20,000 nt of DNA from an uncultured virus (IMG/VR IMGVR_UViG_3300040974_000011) (taxonomy: Duplodnaviria > Heunggongvirae > Uroviricota > Caudoviricetes): IMG/VR virus record IMGVR_UViG_3300040974_000011. One strand, 5' to 3'. Made by a program: the position numbers and the translations under genes. The notes below the pieces were generated by a model, which saw nothing but the letters and a program-made list of their open reading frames with translations, had not been told where the DNA came from and made no database searches. Positions 7,629 to 15,345 of the stretch are shown here, piece by piece (position 1 is the stretch's first letter; each line of letters begins with the position of its first letter).

Positions 7629-7658
7629 GCCCAAATCACCCTTCAAAGTCGCATACCC

Positions 7659-8126
7659 GTAATTCCGAGAGGTGCCCGGGTAGACGATCTCGCCCTCGCG
7701 GCCTTCCCAGTCCTTGCCCTCGCCCGTCAGGGTAATGCGCCGGCCAATCTGCGGGTCGATGCCGTAGGATCGGCGGATGTAGCCGTAGCCATCATCAGGC
7801 GGGATGCCAGGCGCCAAGCGCACGGTCGCGAACCGCTGGTAGTCGCGGAACGGCATGTCGAGGTCCGCATCCAGATAGGCGCGGTAGCGCGCGGCGGCGG
7901 GCGACCGGGCGGACACAGGCTTGGTGTATGCCTGTCCGTAGAGGCGCGCCGTCACCTCATAGAGGCGAACCGGTTTGGTCTTGCCGCCCGCGCGAGGGAT
8001 CGAAACGGCTTGCCCGCCAGAACGCGAAGCGGTCTGGTCCGAAGGATGAGAGCCCGGACCCGAAGGGGCGCGCCCTGTGCTCTCCGCCCCGCGGGAGGCT
8101 TGGTCTTGATCGGGGAGGGCCTTCAT
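7659..8126 (-). pseudogene. 5' half of the phage gene interrupted by the ISL3 element
   Basis: ...YGYIRRSYGIDPQIGRRITLTGEGKDWEGREGEIVYPGTSRNY, then reads into the IS end; ATGA-coupled start at 8126. Confidence 0.88.
7977..8074 (+). repeat. Structured multi-hairpin element, copy A
   Basis: ggtcttgccgcccgcgcgaggga...gccaga/tctggt stem enclosing gcGAAgc, tccGAAgga, gcccgg, cccGAAggg, gcgcc. Confidence 0.75.
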
Positions 8127-8677
8127 GGCTGGGCCGCCTCAGCTTCATCTTCGGCCATATCGGCGCGAAGCTCTGCGGCACGTTCGGGGTCAACAATGTC
8201 CCAATCTGCCAGGGTCATGCAGTCCTCGCAGACGGCTTTGCCGTTGATGTTCCAGCCGCCCATCTCCTTCGCAGTCTCGTAATCGCAGCGTGAGCAGATC
8301 GCCTCGCTTCCGCGGTCCAGCCAATCGCCGCTGCCGATGCTGCTCTCCGGTCGCCCATCCCACTCGGGGACGCGCGTCGCCTCGTAGCCGCTGCGCGCCA
8401 GACAGGGCTCACACTCGCAGCCATCTGGGCCGGCGAAATCCTCGTCGTCCGCGCCTTCGCAGTCGTCACAGCGCATGAGGACCGCGGCCTCGCGCGAAGC
8501 GGCCCGGATAATCTCATGATCCCACTCGCCGGGCGTTCCGACGATCCATGTTGGCAGCGGTGGCTTCACGGCCTTCGCGACGGGCGCAACGGGAACGCTT
8601 GCTCCAGCCGGCAGCCCGGCAACGGTAGCCGCTGCTCCAGCGGCCGCGAGGAAGGATCTGCGGCTCAGTGCTGTCAC
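8123..8677 (-). CDS. Cys-rich phage protein with twin-arginine-like signal peptide
   Basis: MTALSRRSFLAAAGAAATVAGLPAGAS; several CxxC pairs (CDDC, CEPC, CSRC, CEDC). Confidence 0.8.
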   Translation of the reverse strand: MTALSRRSFLAAAGAAATVAGLPAGASVPVAPVAKAVKPPLPTWIVGTPGEWDHEIIRAASREAAVLMRCDDCEGADDEDFAGPDGCECEPCLARSGYEATRVPEWDGRPESSIGSGDWLDRGSEAICSRCDYETAKEMGGWNINGKAVCEDCMTLADWDIVDPERAAELRADMAEDEAEAAQP

Positions 8678-9429
8678 TTCTGCTCTCCCGTCGAAGGGGC
8701 TTCAGCGAGGCTGATCATCCGATTGACGAGTGCGAGCGCAGATTGCTGAAGTTCCAGCCGGGTCGGCTCCAGCTTCTCCTTCGCGGCGTCCCCGGCGGCG
8801 TCCCAGGCGGCGGCCCCGGCGGCGGCCCAGGCGGCGTCCCCGGCGGCGGCCCAGGCGGCGTCCCAGGCGGCGGCCCCGGCGGCGGCCCTGGCGGCGGCCC
8901 TGGCGGCGGCCCAGGCGGCGGCCCCGGCGGCGGCCCAGGCGGCGGCCCAGGCGGCGGCCCCGGCGGCGGCCCTGGCGGCGGCCGCATCCTGTCTTGCCGC
9001 CTCTAGCGGGCCGCGCAGCGATGGCGTATTCGCGAAGTCGGTGATCTCGGGCAGGCCCGACAGCGCATCGGCTTGGGTCGTCAGACCGGCGAGCCGCAGC
9101 CATGCCGGCGTATGCACTCGCACAAGCCAGTCGGCGGCCATGGTGGCGCGGCGGTTCTCCAGTGCCTCGGATCCGCGCGTCCCGACGAGGCGTGGGATCA
9201 GCGGCAAGATCAGCGCATCGCGGTCTTCTTGCGGGAGGCCGTCGTTCCATGCGCGCATGAAGGCGCCGATGACGGGCGATGCGCAGGTCGGATGGTCGGA
9301 CCAGGGCTCGCCGGCGATAAAGGCCACAGCCTCCATAGCGCACATCTCGCCTTCGCTCTCTCGGTGAGCGCCCTCAGAGAGGGTAACGACCTTGGCGAGG
9401 CGTGCGTGATCAATCGTGATGGCGGTCAT
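8674..9429 (-). CDS. Phage protein with Ala/Trp tetrapeptide repeats
   Basis: GAH...MCAMEAVAFIAGEPWSDHPTCASPVI...WND domain followed by (A[W/G/R][A/D]A)n; GGAG RBS; GTGA overlap with the downstream gene. Confidence 0.85.
   Translation of the reverse strand: MTAITIDHARLAKVVTLSEGAHRESEGEMCAMEAVAFIAGEPWSDHPTCASPVIGAFMRAWNDGLPQEDRDALILPLIPRLVGTRGSEALENRRATMAADWLVRVHTPAWLRLAGLTTQADALSGLPEITDFANTPSLRGPLEAARQDAAAARAAAGAAAWAAAWAAAGAAAWAAARAAARAAAGAAAWDAAWAAAGDAAWAAAGAAAWDAAGDAAKEKLEPTRLELQQSALALVNRMISLAEAPSTGEQK
8783..8984. repeat. Tandem 12-bp coding repeat (~16 units)
   Basis: Units such as ggcggcggccca, ggcggcggcccc, ggcggcggccct, ggcggcgtccca, encoding AWAA/AGAA/ARAA/AWDA on the minus strand. 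Confidence 0.95.
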
Positions 9430-10177
9430 CGGGCTTCTCCAAAGATGATTGGGCGGATCGGGTTCTCGAAGGGGCTTCAGCGAGGGGACTGCGGGGGTGA
9501 TCTTCGGGCGCGTCGATGTTGGCGCGAATGACCTTGAAGGTGACGGCGACGACCCACGGGTTCGCGTCCCAGGACTCGGGGCCGTTGATCGACCGCCAAA
9601 GCTCCGCGAACGCCTTCTCAGGCGTCGGGCGCGTCAGCTTCTCGCCGGCGCTGGCCGCGAAGTGGCGCCAGCCATCCTTCTCGGGCTCGCGGATCTCATA
9701 GATGCCCTCGGCGAGCGCATCCTTCGCGCTGATCTCCTGCAGCCGTTCGACCCGGACGTCCGTCACGAGAAGCGTGAGTCGCGAGGCCCAGCGCGGCATG
9801 TGGATCGACGGCCGCCAGCGAGGTTTCGATCGATCCCAGCCCGCAGCGTAGATAGCGGCCAAGTCCCGATCGGTCGGGTTGATGGTCTGCTGGACGCCCT
9901 CGCTCATCCGGTACGCGGACGACGGGACCAGAGCGTGGTTCTCGCGCACATAGAGGCGGTCGCCGATGGCAAAGCGGCTGAAGTCCGCCCCGTGCTCCCG
10001 AACCTCCCCCTCGGTCGCGTTCACGATCCCGCCGTGAGCATTGCTGAGGTGAAAGCGATCAGACACCCCGGGCATCAGCTCGGGCTGTGGCTTCAGGATC
10101 CGCCGGGTCTGCGTCTTCCGGCCAGCGAGGAGCGCCGCGATCATCGGCGCCGAGAAGATGATGGGACGGTCAGCCAT
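9410..10177 (-). CDS. ASCH/PUA-like conserved phage protein
   Basis: MADRPIIFSAPMIAALLAGRKTQTRR...GDRLYVRE...WRPSIHMPRWASRLTL...WDANPWVVAVTF. Confidence 0.88.
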   Translation of the reverse strand: MADRPIIFSAPMIAALLAGRKTQTRRILKPQPELMPGVSDRFHLSNAHGGIVNATEGEVREHGADFSRFAIGDRLYVRENHALVPSSAYRMSEGVQQTINPTDRDLAAIYAAGWDRSKPRWRPSIHMPRWASRLTLLVTDVRVERLQEISAKDALAEGIYEIREPEKDGWRHFAASAGEKLTRPTPEKAFAELWRSINGPESWDANPWVVAVTFKVIRANIDAPEDHPRSPLAEAPSRTRSAQSSLEKPDDRHHD

Positions 10178-10583
10178 TCCTGATCTCCTTCTCTCCGCTG
10201 GAGCGGTCGGCTTCTGAAGGGGGCTTCGGCACGTACCGGTTAGCCGTCAGCAGCTCGCGGACGGCAGCCGAGTTGCGAACGATGGGGCCGCCGCCATTGT
10301 CGAGGCGCCAGCGGCCCTCAGTGTCGGGCTCGGAGGCAAGGCGTTCCATGACCTCGCAGGGCACGCCGAAGCGCTCCCACGGGCCACAACGCTTGCCGCG
10401 GCTCGGCACATAGCGGCGGTTCGTCGTGTAGCCGACGTTGGCGTCGAGCTGCTGAGCGGTGTAGCGGCCGGCGTTCGAGAGCGACCAGTTGTAGCCGCTG
10501 TGATTTGGTCCCCAGAGCGTGATGTACGGCTGCCGGGTCCACTTCGTGCGGAAATCGACGACGAAAAAGCGTTGCTCGCTCAT
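10170..10583 (-). CDS. Hypothetical phage protein
   Basis: YITLWGPNHSGYNWSLSNAGRYT motif; overlapped start and stop. Confidence 0.8.
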   Translation of the reverse strand: MSEQRFFVVDFRTKWTRQPYITLWGPNHSGYNWSLSNAGRYTAQQLDANVGYTTNRRYVPSRGKRCGPWERFGVPCEVMERLASEPDTEGRWRLDNGGGPIVRNSAAVRELLTANRYVPKPPSEADRSSGEKEIRNG

Positions 10584-10792
10584 CGTGTCCTCGCCTTCGT
10601 TGGCTTGCGGGTTTCTGCGACGCGCCGCGCTTCCTCCACGGCCTCATCGGACCAGAAGCACTCGTTGCCGCGGCCTTGGCCCGAGACGCCGCCTGGCGCT
10701 TTCGACAGGAAGCCGCGGGCTTTCCACTTGCGGAGAAGATCAGGCGCGATGCCGAGCAGGCGGGCCACATCGCTAGTTCGACGCTCGCTCAT
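10580..10792 (-). CDS. MerR-like HTH DNA-binding protein (70 aa)
   Basis: MSERRTSDVARLLGIAPDLLRKWKARGFL...WSDEAVEEARR; ATGA overlaps. Confidence 0.78.
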   Translation of the reverse strand: MSERRTSDVARLLGIAPDLLRKWKARGFLSKAPGGVSGQGRGNECFWSDEAVEEARRVAETRKPTKARTR

Positions 10793-11274
10793 GCGATCTC
10801 TCCCGAGCGGTCGGCTTCTGAAACACGACGGCGGGCAGTGACGAGGACCGTCAGAGGCACGGCTTCGACGCCGGCCTCGCTGAACATCGTCGCGGCGGCC
10901 TCGAACTCGTCGGCAGGCATGGACGTCTGGCCGGGGCCGTAGACGACGGCACGGATGCCCGCCTGGATCAGCGTGCGGGCACAGGCAGCGCACGGGTGGT
11001 GGGTCACGTAGACTGAACAGCCGTCCGTCCGAATGCCGTGCTGAGCGGCGAAGGCCGAAAGGTTCGCTTCCGCATGGCTGGCAAAGAGGTACTTCGCTGG
11101 CCGCTCGCGGCGCTCGGGCAGGTCGTCCACGCCAGCCGGAGGGCCGTTGTAGGCCGTCAGCAGCACCGTCCGACCATTCGGGGCGACGAGGACCGCGCCG
11201 ACCTGCGTGCTGTCCTTCGACTTCGTGGCGGCGTGCTGAGCGAAGCCCATGAGGTAGGAGGGCCAGTCGGTCAT
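10789..11274 (-). CDS. dCMP deaminase family protein
   Basis: SKDSTQVGAVLV...YNG...HAEAN...HPCAAC zinc-deaminase motifs. Confidence 0.93.
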   Translation of the reverse strand: MTDWPSYLMGFAQHAATKSKDSTQVGAVLVAPNGRTVLLTAYNGPPAGVDDLPERRERPAKYLFASHAEANLSAFAAQHGIRTDGCSVYVTHHPCAACARTLIQAGIRAVVYGPGQTSMPADEFEAAATMFSEAGVEAVPLTVLVTARRRVSEADRSGEIA

Positions 11275-11690
11275 GCCGCCCTCCGCATGAACCGGCCGCG
11301 CTCATCGCGCCTCTGCGGTGGCTTGGGTCGGCCAGCGAGAGTGACGACGCGAGCCGCCTTGTATCCAGCGAGCGTCAGGTCGTAGACGAAGCGCCGAAAC
11401 TCACCCATGTTGTACTTGGGCGTCCCGCGGTATGCCGCGAGGAAGAACATGAACGGCTCAAGCGGGTAGTGCCCCTTGATGCTGTTGCACTCAAAGCAAG
11501 CGATGACGAGGTTTTCGTTTCGGTCGCGAGCCGTGCCGAGTAGCTGCGGCTCAATATGATCCCGCGTCGCCTGGCAGGCTTTGTTCGCCCGAGCCTCCGG
11601 TGAGTGGGCCGGGAAGACGCGGCGGTCGCAGTAGGCGCACACGCCGCTGTGTAGCCTACGCTTCTTGCCTGGGATGACGTGCATATTCAT
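11271..11690 (-). CDS. HNH endonuclease domain protein
   Basis: CAYC...ATRDHIEP...NLVIACFECNSIKG. Confidence 0.88.
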   Translation of the reverse strand: MNMHVIPGKKRRLHSGVCAYCDRRVFPAHSPEARANKACQATRDHIEPQLLGTARDRNENLVIACFECNSIKGHYPLEPFMFFLAAYRGTPKYNMGEFRRFVYDLTLAGYKAARVVTLAGRPKPPQRRDERGRFMRRAA

Positions 11691-12121
11691 GCTGCCACCT
11701 TCCGAGTGCTGGCAGCATCGGCCTGGATCAGCGTGGGATCGCTCCAAACCACACCCTTCTCCGCCCCGAAGACGAAGAGGCTTTCGATCAGGTCCGACAT
11801 CTCGGACTTGGTCAGCTTGCGGGTGCTGATGCCGAGCGGCACGAGGCCGTTGCCGTGAAGGGCAGGGGCCATCCGCACTTCCTTGCCGAGGGCGGCGAGC
11901 GCGATCAGCTTCCAAGCCTCCGGCTCGTAGTGGAGGCCAAAGTGCTCAACCTGCTTGGAGATGTCGCCCAGCATGGCCCAGAGCCGACGATTTTGAATGT
12001 CGGTGCGCCGAGGCGCGGAAAACTCCACGAGCCAGCCGATCGGCGCCTTGCTGATCCAGTGAAGAGCCTTGCGGCGGATCTCTTCGTTGGCGATGCGGAG
12101 GGTGTGACGGTCGCCGCTCAT
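11687..12121 (-). CDS. ninB: NinB/Orf-family recombination protein
   Basis: PRRTDIQNRRLWAMLGDISKQV...EAWK...STRKLTKSEMSDLIE...FGAEKGVVWS. Confidence 0.92.
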   Translation of the reverse strand: MSGDRHTLRIANEEIRRKALHWISKAPIGWLVEFSAPRRTDIQNRRLWAMLGDISKQVEHFGLHYEPEAWKLIALAALGKEVRMAPALHGNGLVPLGISTRKLTKSEMSDLIESLFVFGAEKGVVWSDPTLIQADAASTRKVAA

Positions 12122-12777
12122 TGAGCAGCCCTCCGTTCGCGGATCAGGCCGCCCAGCCGCTCAGCGTCCTCGGCCTCAAGAGCCTTGAACCGCTGCCGGA
12201 ATTCAGGGTCGTCGGTGATGACCTTCACGGCCGCCTCGCCCGAGACCTTCCAGAGCTTGGCGCTCAGTTCGCGTGCGATGCGCTGTGAGGCTGTCGGCTC
12301 AGAAGCCTCACGATCTACTGCAGGCCGCGGCGTAGCGGCTGTGTGGCCGCTTGTGCGCGGTGCAGGGCGTTCGATGTCGCGGCTGGGCATAGCTGCCTCG
12401 CCGTCGTCATCAGTCGGCGGCACGCAGAGGGCTGCCATCAAGGCGTAGCGCAGGCCGTAGGTGACCGCGGAGCCCAGCCCCTGCGGGTCCCGCTTGGCGA
12501 GCGGCACATGCAGCGTGGAGCGCATCCATTCGCCCGAGACGTGGGCGAGCATGGTGGTGATCTCCACACAGCCATCGACCATCCGGCCGGGCGCCTGCGA
12601 GACGATGAGGCCGTTTGCCTGGAGAGCAGGGCGTGCCGTGTCGAGAACCGCCTCCAGGGTGGCGTAGCGGTTCTTGAAGTGCGGGTTCTTGGCATCCTTC
12701 ACGACGCCGGTAAGCACGCCCTGGGCGCCGTGCAGCGCCTTGCAAAGCTCGCCAATGGTGGGGCTGCTCTCAATCAC
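12118..12777 (-). CDS. erf: ERF-family single-strand annealing protein
   Basis: KDAKNPHFKNRYATL...HVSGEW...PQGLGSAVTYGLRYALMAALCV..DDDG; GTG start in a GTGA overlap. Confidence 0.93.
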   Translation of the reverse strand: MIESSPTIGELCKALHGAQGVLTGVVKDAKNPHFKNRYATLEAVLDTARPALQANGLIVSQAPGRMVDGCVEITTMLAHVSGEWMRSTLHVPLAKRDPQGLGSAVTYGLRYALMAALCVPPTDDDGEAAMPSRDIERPAPRTSGHTAATPRPAVDREASEPTASQRIARELSAKLWKVSGEAAVKVITDDPEFRQRFKALEAEDAERLGGLIRERRAAQ

Positions 12778-13004
12778 GATGCGGCGTCCTCTGCTGTGAC
12801 GCGGCGCGGCTCGAACTCCTGGCACTTGCCGTCGAAGTTCACGCGCTCGCAGAGCTGGTACGGAGGATCCGGCGAGTACTTGGGATGCACGAAGGCGTAG
12901 CCGGCTCGGGTCGGCGCCTTCATGCAGCGGTATCGCCAGGGCTTGGTTTCGACGCGCGAGGCGGGGTGAACCCATTCGCAGCTATCGCAGAACACGGGGG
13001 TCAC
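12774..13004 (-). CDS. Small Cys-containing hypothetical phage protein
   Basis: FCDSC...YRCMKAP...CERVNFDGKCQEFEP; coupled overlaps. Confidence 0.75.
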   Translation of the reverse strand: MTPVFCDSCEWVHPASRVETKPWRYRCMKAPTRAGYAFVHPKYSPDPPYQLCERVNFDGKCQEFEPRRVTAEDAAS

Positions 13005-13237
13005 GCGGCCTCCGCACGCTGTTCGATGCCGAGGTACGCGAGAGCCAACTCAAGCGTGTCGAAGCGCTGTTCCCGGCCCGTCAGTGGCGCAGGAGCCCGG
13101 TCGTAGAGGATCGGCACAAGATCGACCGCCGTGCCCTCTGCCGGGCAAATGCAGGCTACGGCACGGGGCAGGTAGTCGACATGGAAGACGCGGATGGTGC
13201 GGGAGCCGTAGACGGTCTCGGTGCGCCAGGGGTTCAC
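13001..13237 (-). CDS. Hypothetical protein
   Basis: GTGA overlaps at both ends; C-terminal AEAA pattern shared with neighbours. Confidence 0.65.
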   Translation of the reverse strand: MNPWRTETVYGSRTIRVFHVDYLPRAVACICPAEGTAVDLVPILYDRAPAPLTGREQRFDTLELALAYLGIEQRAEAA

Positions 13238-13524
13238 GACCGCCCCTCCGCTTTCGCAAGAGCCTGACGGGCGCGCTCAACGTTCCGGTCAAAGTCGAGC
13301 ATGACGGTATGCGTGCCGTCGATGTCGTCAATGAACCATTTGAGAGCCACCAACAGGTCGGGCGCGGCCGCCATCAGATGAGTGTTCGCGACCGCCTGCT
13401 TTCGCGGCAGGTCGTTGGCATAGACGACTGCCAGACAATGCTTCCCCGCAAACACGGCGGGATCGTCGGTGGACCGACCATCAGTGTCGAAGGTCGTCCA
13501 AGGGGCGGCAGTGTGCTGGGCCAT
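13234..13524 (-). CDS. Conserved phage early protein (HT-x-x-PW ... AAAPDL motif)
   Basis: MAQHTAAPW...ANTHLMAAAPDLLVALK...ARQALAKAEG. Confidence 0.85.
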   Translation of the reverse strand: MAQHTAAPWTTFDTDGRSTDDPAVFAGKHCLAVVYANDLPRKQAVANTHLMAAAPDLLVALKWFIDDIDGTHTVMLDFDRNVERARQALAKAEGRS

Positions 13525-13814
13525 CAGAACGCCTCCGCGCTCTGGACGAGCGGCAGGCGGCTGCTGTGACCCGGAAGGCGCGGCCAAGACCGCGGATCTT
13601 TCGCAGAGACCTTCTGCCGGCATTCTGACTTGATCGCGTCGAGATCCGAGGCGAGGGCCGTGCTGGCGCTGGCGGCCGCATTGACAGTGCGTTCGATCAC
13701 AGCGGCGGTGTACGTCGGGCAACCGCGGCCAACGGCCTCCATCAAGCTCTCGACCTGCTTGAGGTGTTCGCCCAGGTTCCAGTATGCGGCCTGGAGTTCG
13801 GACCTGCTGAGCAT
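13524..13814 (-). CDS. Hypothetical protein
   Basis: MLSRSELQAAYWNLGEHL...; GGAGG RBS. Confidence 0.7.
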   Translation of the reverse strand: MLSRSELQAAYWNLGEHLKQVESLMEAVGRGCPTYTAAVIERTVNAAASASTALASDLDAIKSECRQKVSAKDPRSWPRLPGHSSRLPLVQSAEAF

Positions 13815-13815
13815 G

Positions 13816-13956
13816 TTAGCCTCCAACTGCGATACGAATTGCGATGCCGACCACACCAAGAGAGCCGGCGATGATGAGGACGAGGCAGGCGATGATCGCG
13901 GCATCGTCTAAGTCGAAGCCCGGTTCGTCTTCCGGGTACGTGTCGAGATCGACCAT
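13816..13956 (-). CDS. Small membrane peptide (46 aa, not in ORF track)
   Basis: MVDLDTYPEDEPGFDLDDAAIIACLVLIIAGSLGVVGIAIRIAVGG; fills the operon gap exactly. Confidence 0.6.
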   Translation of the reverse strand: MVDLDTYPEDEPGFDLDDAAIIACLVLIIAGSLGVVGIAIRIAVGG

Positions 13957-13966
13957 GGGTCACCCG

Positions 13967-14380
13967 TCAACGAGAGGGGAAAGCTGGCCCAAACCACTTT
14001 TCGATTGGCTTTGATGCTCGGCGCTGGGGCTCAGCTTTTGCAAAGCCACGGCTTTGGATTTTCGGCTTGGTCGCTGCGGCAGTGATGCCGAGCTGCGCCC
14101 GCTTGCGTCGCTTGGCTTGAGCGGCTGCCGAGTGGTCGGCTGCGTCCTTCACCCGCTTGCAGGTCTCGTAGTGGGCCGGGCCGCGATTGCCGGCCGTGTC
14201 GGATCCGCCATTCTCAAGCGCGATTTCATGTTCCACGAACCAGCGCTGACGGACGCCATCAATCCGCTCGCCGCAGGTCACACAGATGCCCTTGGTCCGC
14301 TCCCACGCGGCAAGAACGTCGCGAGGGCTCAGGCGCTTACGGGCAGTGGTGCCGACATCTTCGCAGACGACGAAAGGCAT
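13967..14380 (-). CDS. HNH-like nuclease domain phage protein
   Basis: GICVTCG...VEHEIALENGGSD..N....H..CK..K, plus a basic tail with KIQSRGF. Confidence 0.85.
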   Translation of the reverse strand: MPFVVCEDVGTTARKRLSPRDVLAAWERTKGICVTCGERIDGVRQRWFVEHEIALENGGSDTAGNRGPAHYETCKRVKDAADHSAAAQAKRRKRAQLGITAAATKPKIQSRGFAKAEPQRRASKPIEKWFGPAFPSR

Positions 14381-14838
14381 TAAGCAGCCCTCCGAATGCT
14401 CTGACGCAGCTTCGCCATCCGGTCGTAGAGGATGACGTTCACAGTGGCTGCGAGGTTTAGGCAGAAGGCGCTTGGGATCATCACCCTGCGCGGGCAGCGA
14501 TCGAGTAATTCGCCACCAAGCGTCCCATCCTCTGGGCCGAAGATGTAGAAGGCACGCTGCGGATGCGTGAAGCTGGGCAACTCAGTTGCGCCCGGAACCA
14601 GATCAACAGCGACAGGCACAGTATCGAAGGGGATCAACGACCACAGGTCATCGCCGCGCAAAACTGGGATGTGCCGGTAAGCTTTCGTCACATCCTGACA
14701 GCTCGTGACCGGCGTGCGGTCACCTTGGATAGCAACCAGCGATGCGCCGAAGACGTGGGCAGCGCGCATAACGCCGCCGACGTTCGCAGAGACCTTTGGC
14801 CGGACGAGGCCGATGGAGGCGAAGCCGCGGGCGCTCAT
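14380..14838 (-). CDS. SPOUT (SpoU/TrmH/TrmL-like) RNA methyltransferase
   Basis: PKVSANVGGVMRAA...IFGPEDGTL...VMIPS..CLNLAATVNVILYDR. Confidence 0.92.
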   Translation of the reverse strand: MSARGFASIGLVRPKVSANVGGVMRAAHVFGASLVAIQGDRTPVTSCQDVTKAYRHIPVLRGDDLWSLIPFDTVPVAVDLVPGATELPSFTHPQRAFYIFGPEDGTLGGELLDRCPRRVMIPSAFCLNLAATVNVILYDRMAKLRQSIRRAA

Positions 14839-15107
14839 GCGGCCTCCCCGATCTCAGCGAGGATCGCGGCGGCATCGGCCCGAAGCTCAGCCTCTACGCG
14901 GCGGGCCTCTTCAGCCTCGATCTCAGCCTGCTCAGCAGCATCAGCCTCGGCAGCTTCCTCATCCTCATCGAGGAAAGCATGAGCATGCCCGTAGGCGTCG
15001 CCCTCGCAGTCGAAGGCATCCGTGAGACGGAATACGCCCTTGAAGACCGCATAGCCGTCATCGTGCTCAGCGACGGCGTAGGGGGCGATGTCGAAGAAGG
15101 CGCGCAT
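14835..15107 (-). CDS. Acidic hypothetical protein
   Basis: GAGG RBS; ATGA overlap; ends GEAA. Confidence 0.7.
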   Translation of the reverse strand: MRAFFDIAPYAVAEHDDGYAVFKGVFRLTDAFDCEGDAYGHAHAFLDEDEEAAEADAAEQAEIEAEEARRVEAELRADAAAILAEIGEAA

Positions 15108-15110
15108 GGC

Positions 15111-15224
15111 TCAAGCCTCGTCGGCGAGAGCCCGGCGCACGGCCGGAACGGTCTGCAGGGTGTAGAACAGAGCGCCGGTCAGGAAGGCGGCGGCGCCGAA
15201 GATGGGAACGAGGATCTGGGACAT
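15111..15224 (-). CDS. First pL gene: 37-aa membrane peptide (not in ORF track)
   Basis: MSQILVPIFGAAAFLTGALFYTLQTVPAVRRALADEA; GGAG RBS. Confidence 0.6.
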   Translation of the reverse strand: MSQILVPIFGAAAFLTGALFYTLQTVPAVRRALADEA

Positions 15225-15259
15225 CGCTGCGGCGCTCCATGGCGGCGGCTGATGTCAAA

Positions 15260-15310
15260 TGTCTACGATTTGTAGCCACACCGGGTCAAGCCCGTTTCTA
15301 CGATGTGTAG
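15260..15310 (-). promoter_or_regulatory. pL promoter with two OL operators
   Basis: TTGACC(15289-15284)-N18-TAGACA(15265-15260); operators ctacgatttgtag 15263-15275 and ctacgatgtgtag 15298-15310. Confidence 0.85.
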
Positions 15311-15345
15311 CAAGAAAATTTGCGTTCTGAGAACGGAGATGGTAC

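Larger units (their letters stand above)
4548..7658 (+). mobile_element. ISL3-family transporter IS (3111 bp) carrying passenger genes
   Basis: IRL gggtatgcgacattcgaggttg (4548-4569) and IRR (reverse complement of 7637-7658) gggtatgcgactttgaagggtg match at 18/22; 8-bp TSD gtaattcc at 4540-4547 and 7659-7666; ISL3 transposase inside; target gene reconstitutes in frame. Confidence 0.95.

Noticed and set aside
4548..7658. IStron (self-splicing IS) interpretation
   Set aside because: No intron core at either end; coding sequence runs to within about 40 bp of both termini.
8668..9343. Poly-Pro, poly-Gly and Arg-rich ORFs, and a possible CRISPR array
   Set aside because: Alternative frames of the 12-bp coding repeat; no unique spacers and no cas genes.
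15121..15150. gagagcccgg matching part of hairpin element copy A
   Set aside because: Only 10 bp; the flanking hairpins are missing and it lies in a small CDS.
187..15275. Numerous + strand ORFs of the track within the leftward operon
   Set aside because: Antisense shadows of GC-rich genes; only the HNH, RHH and transposase have recognisable motifs.
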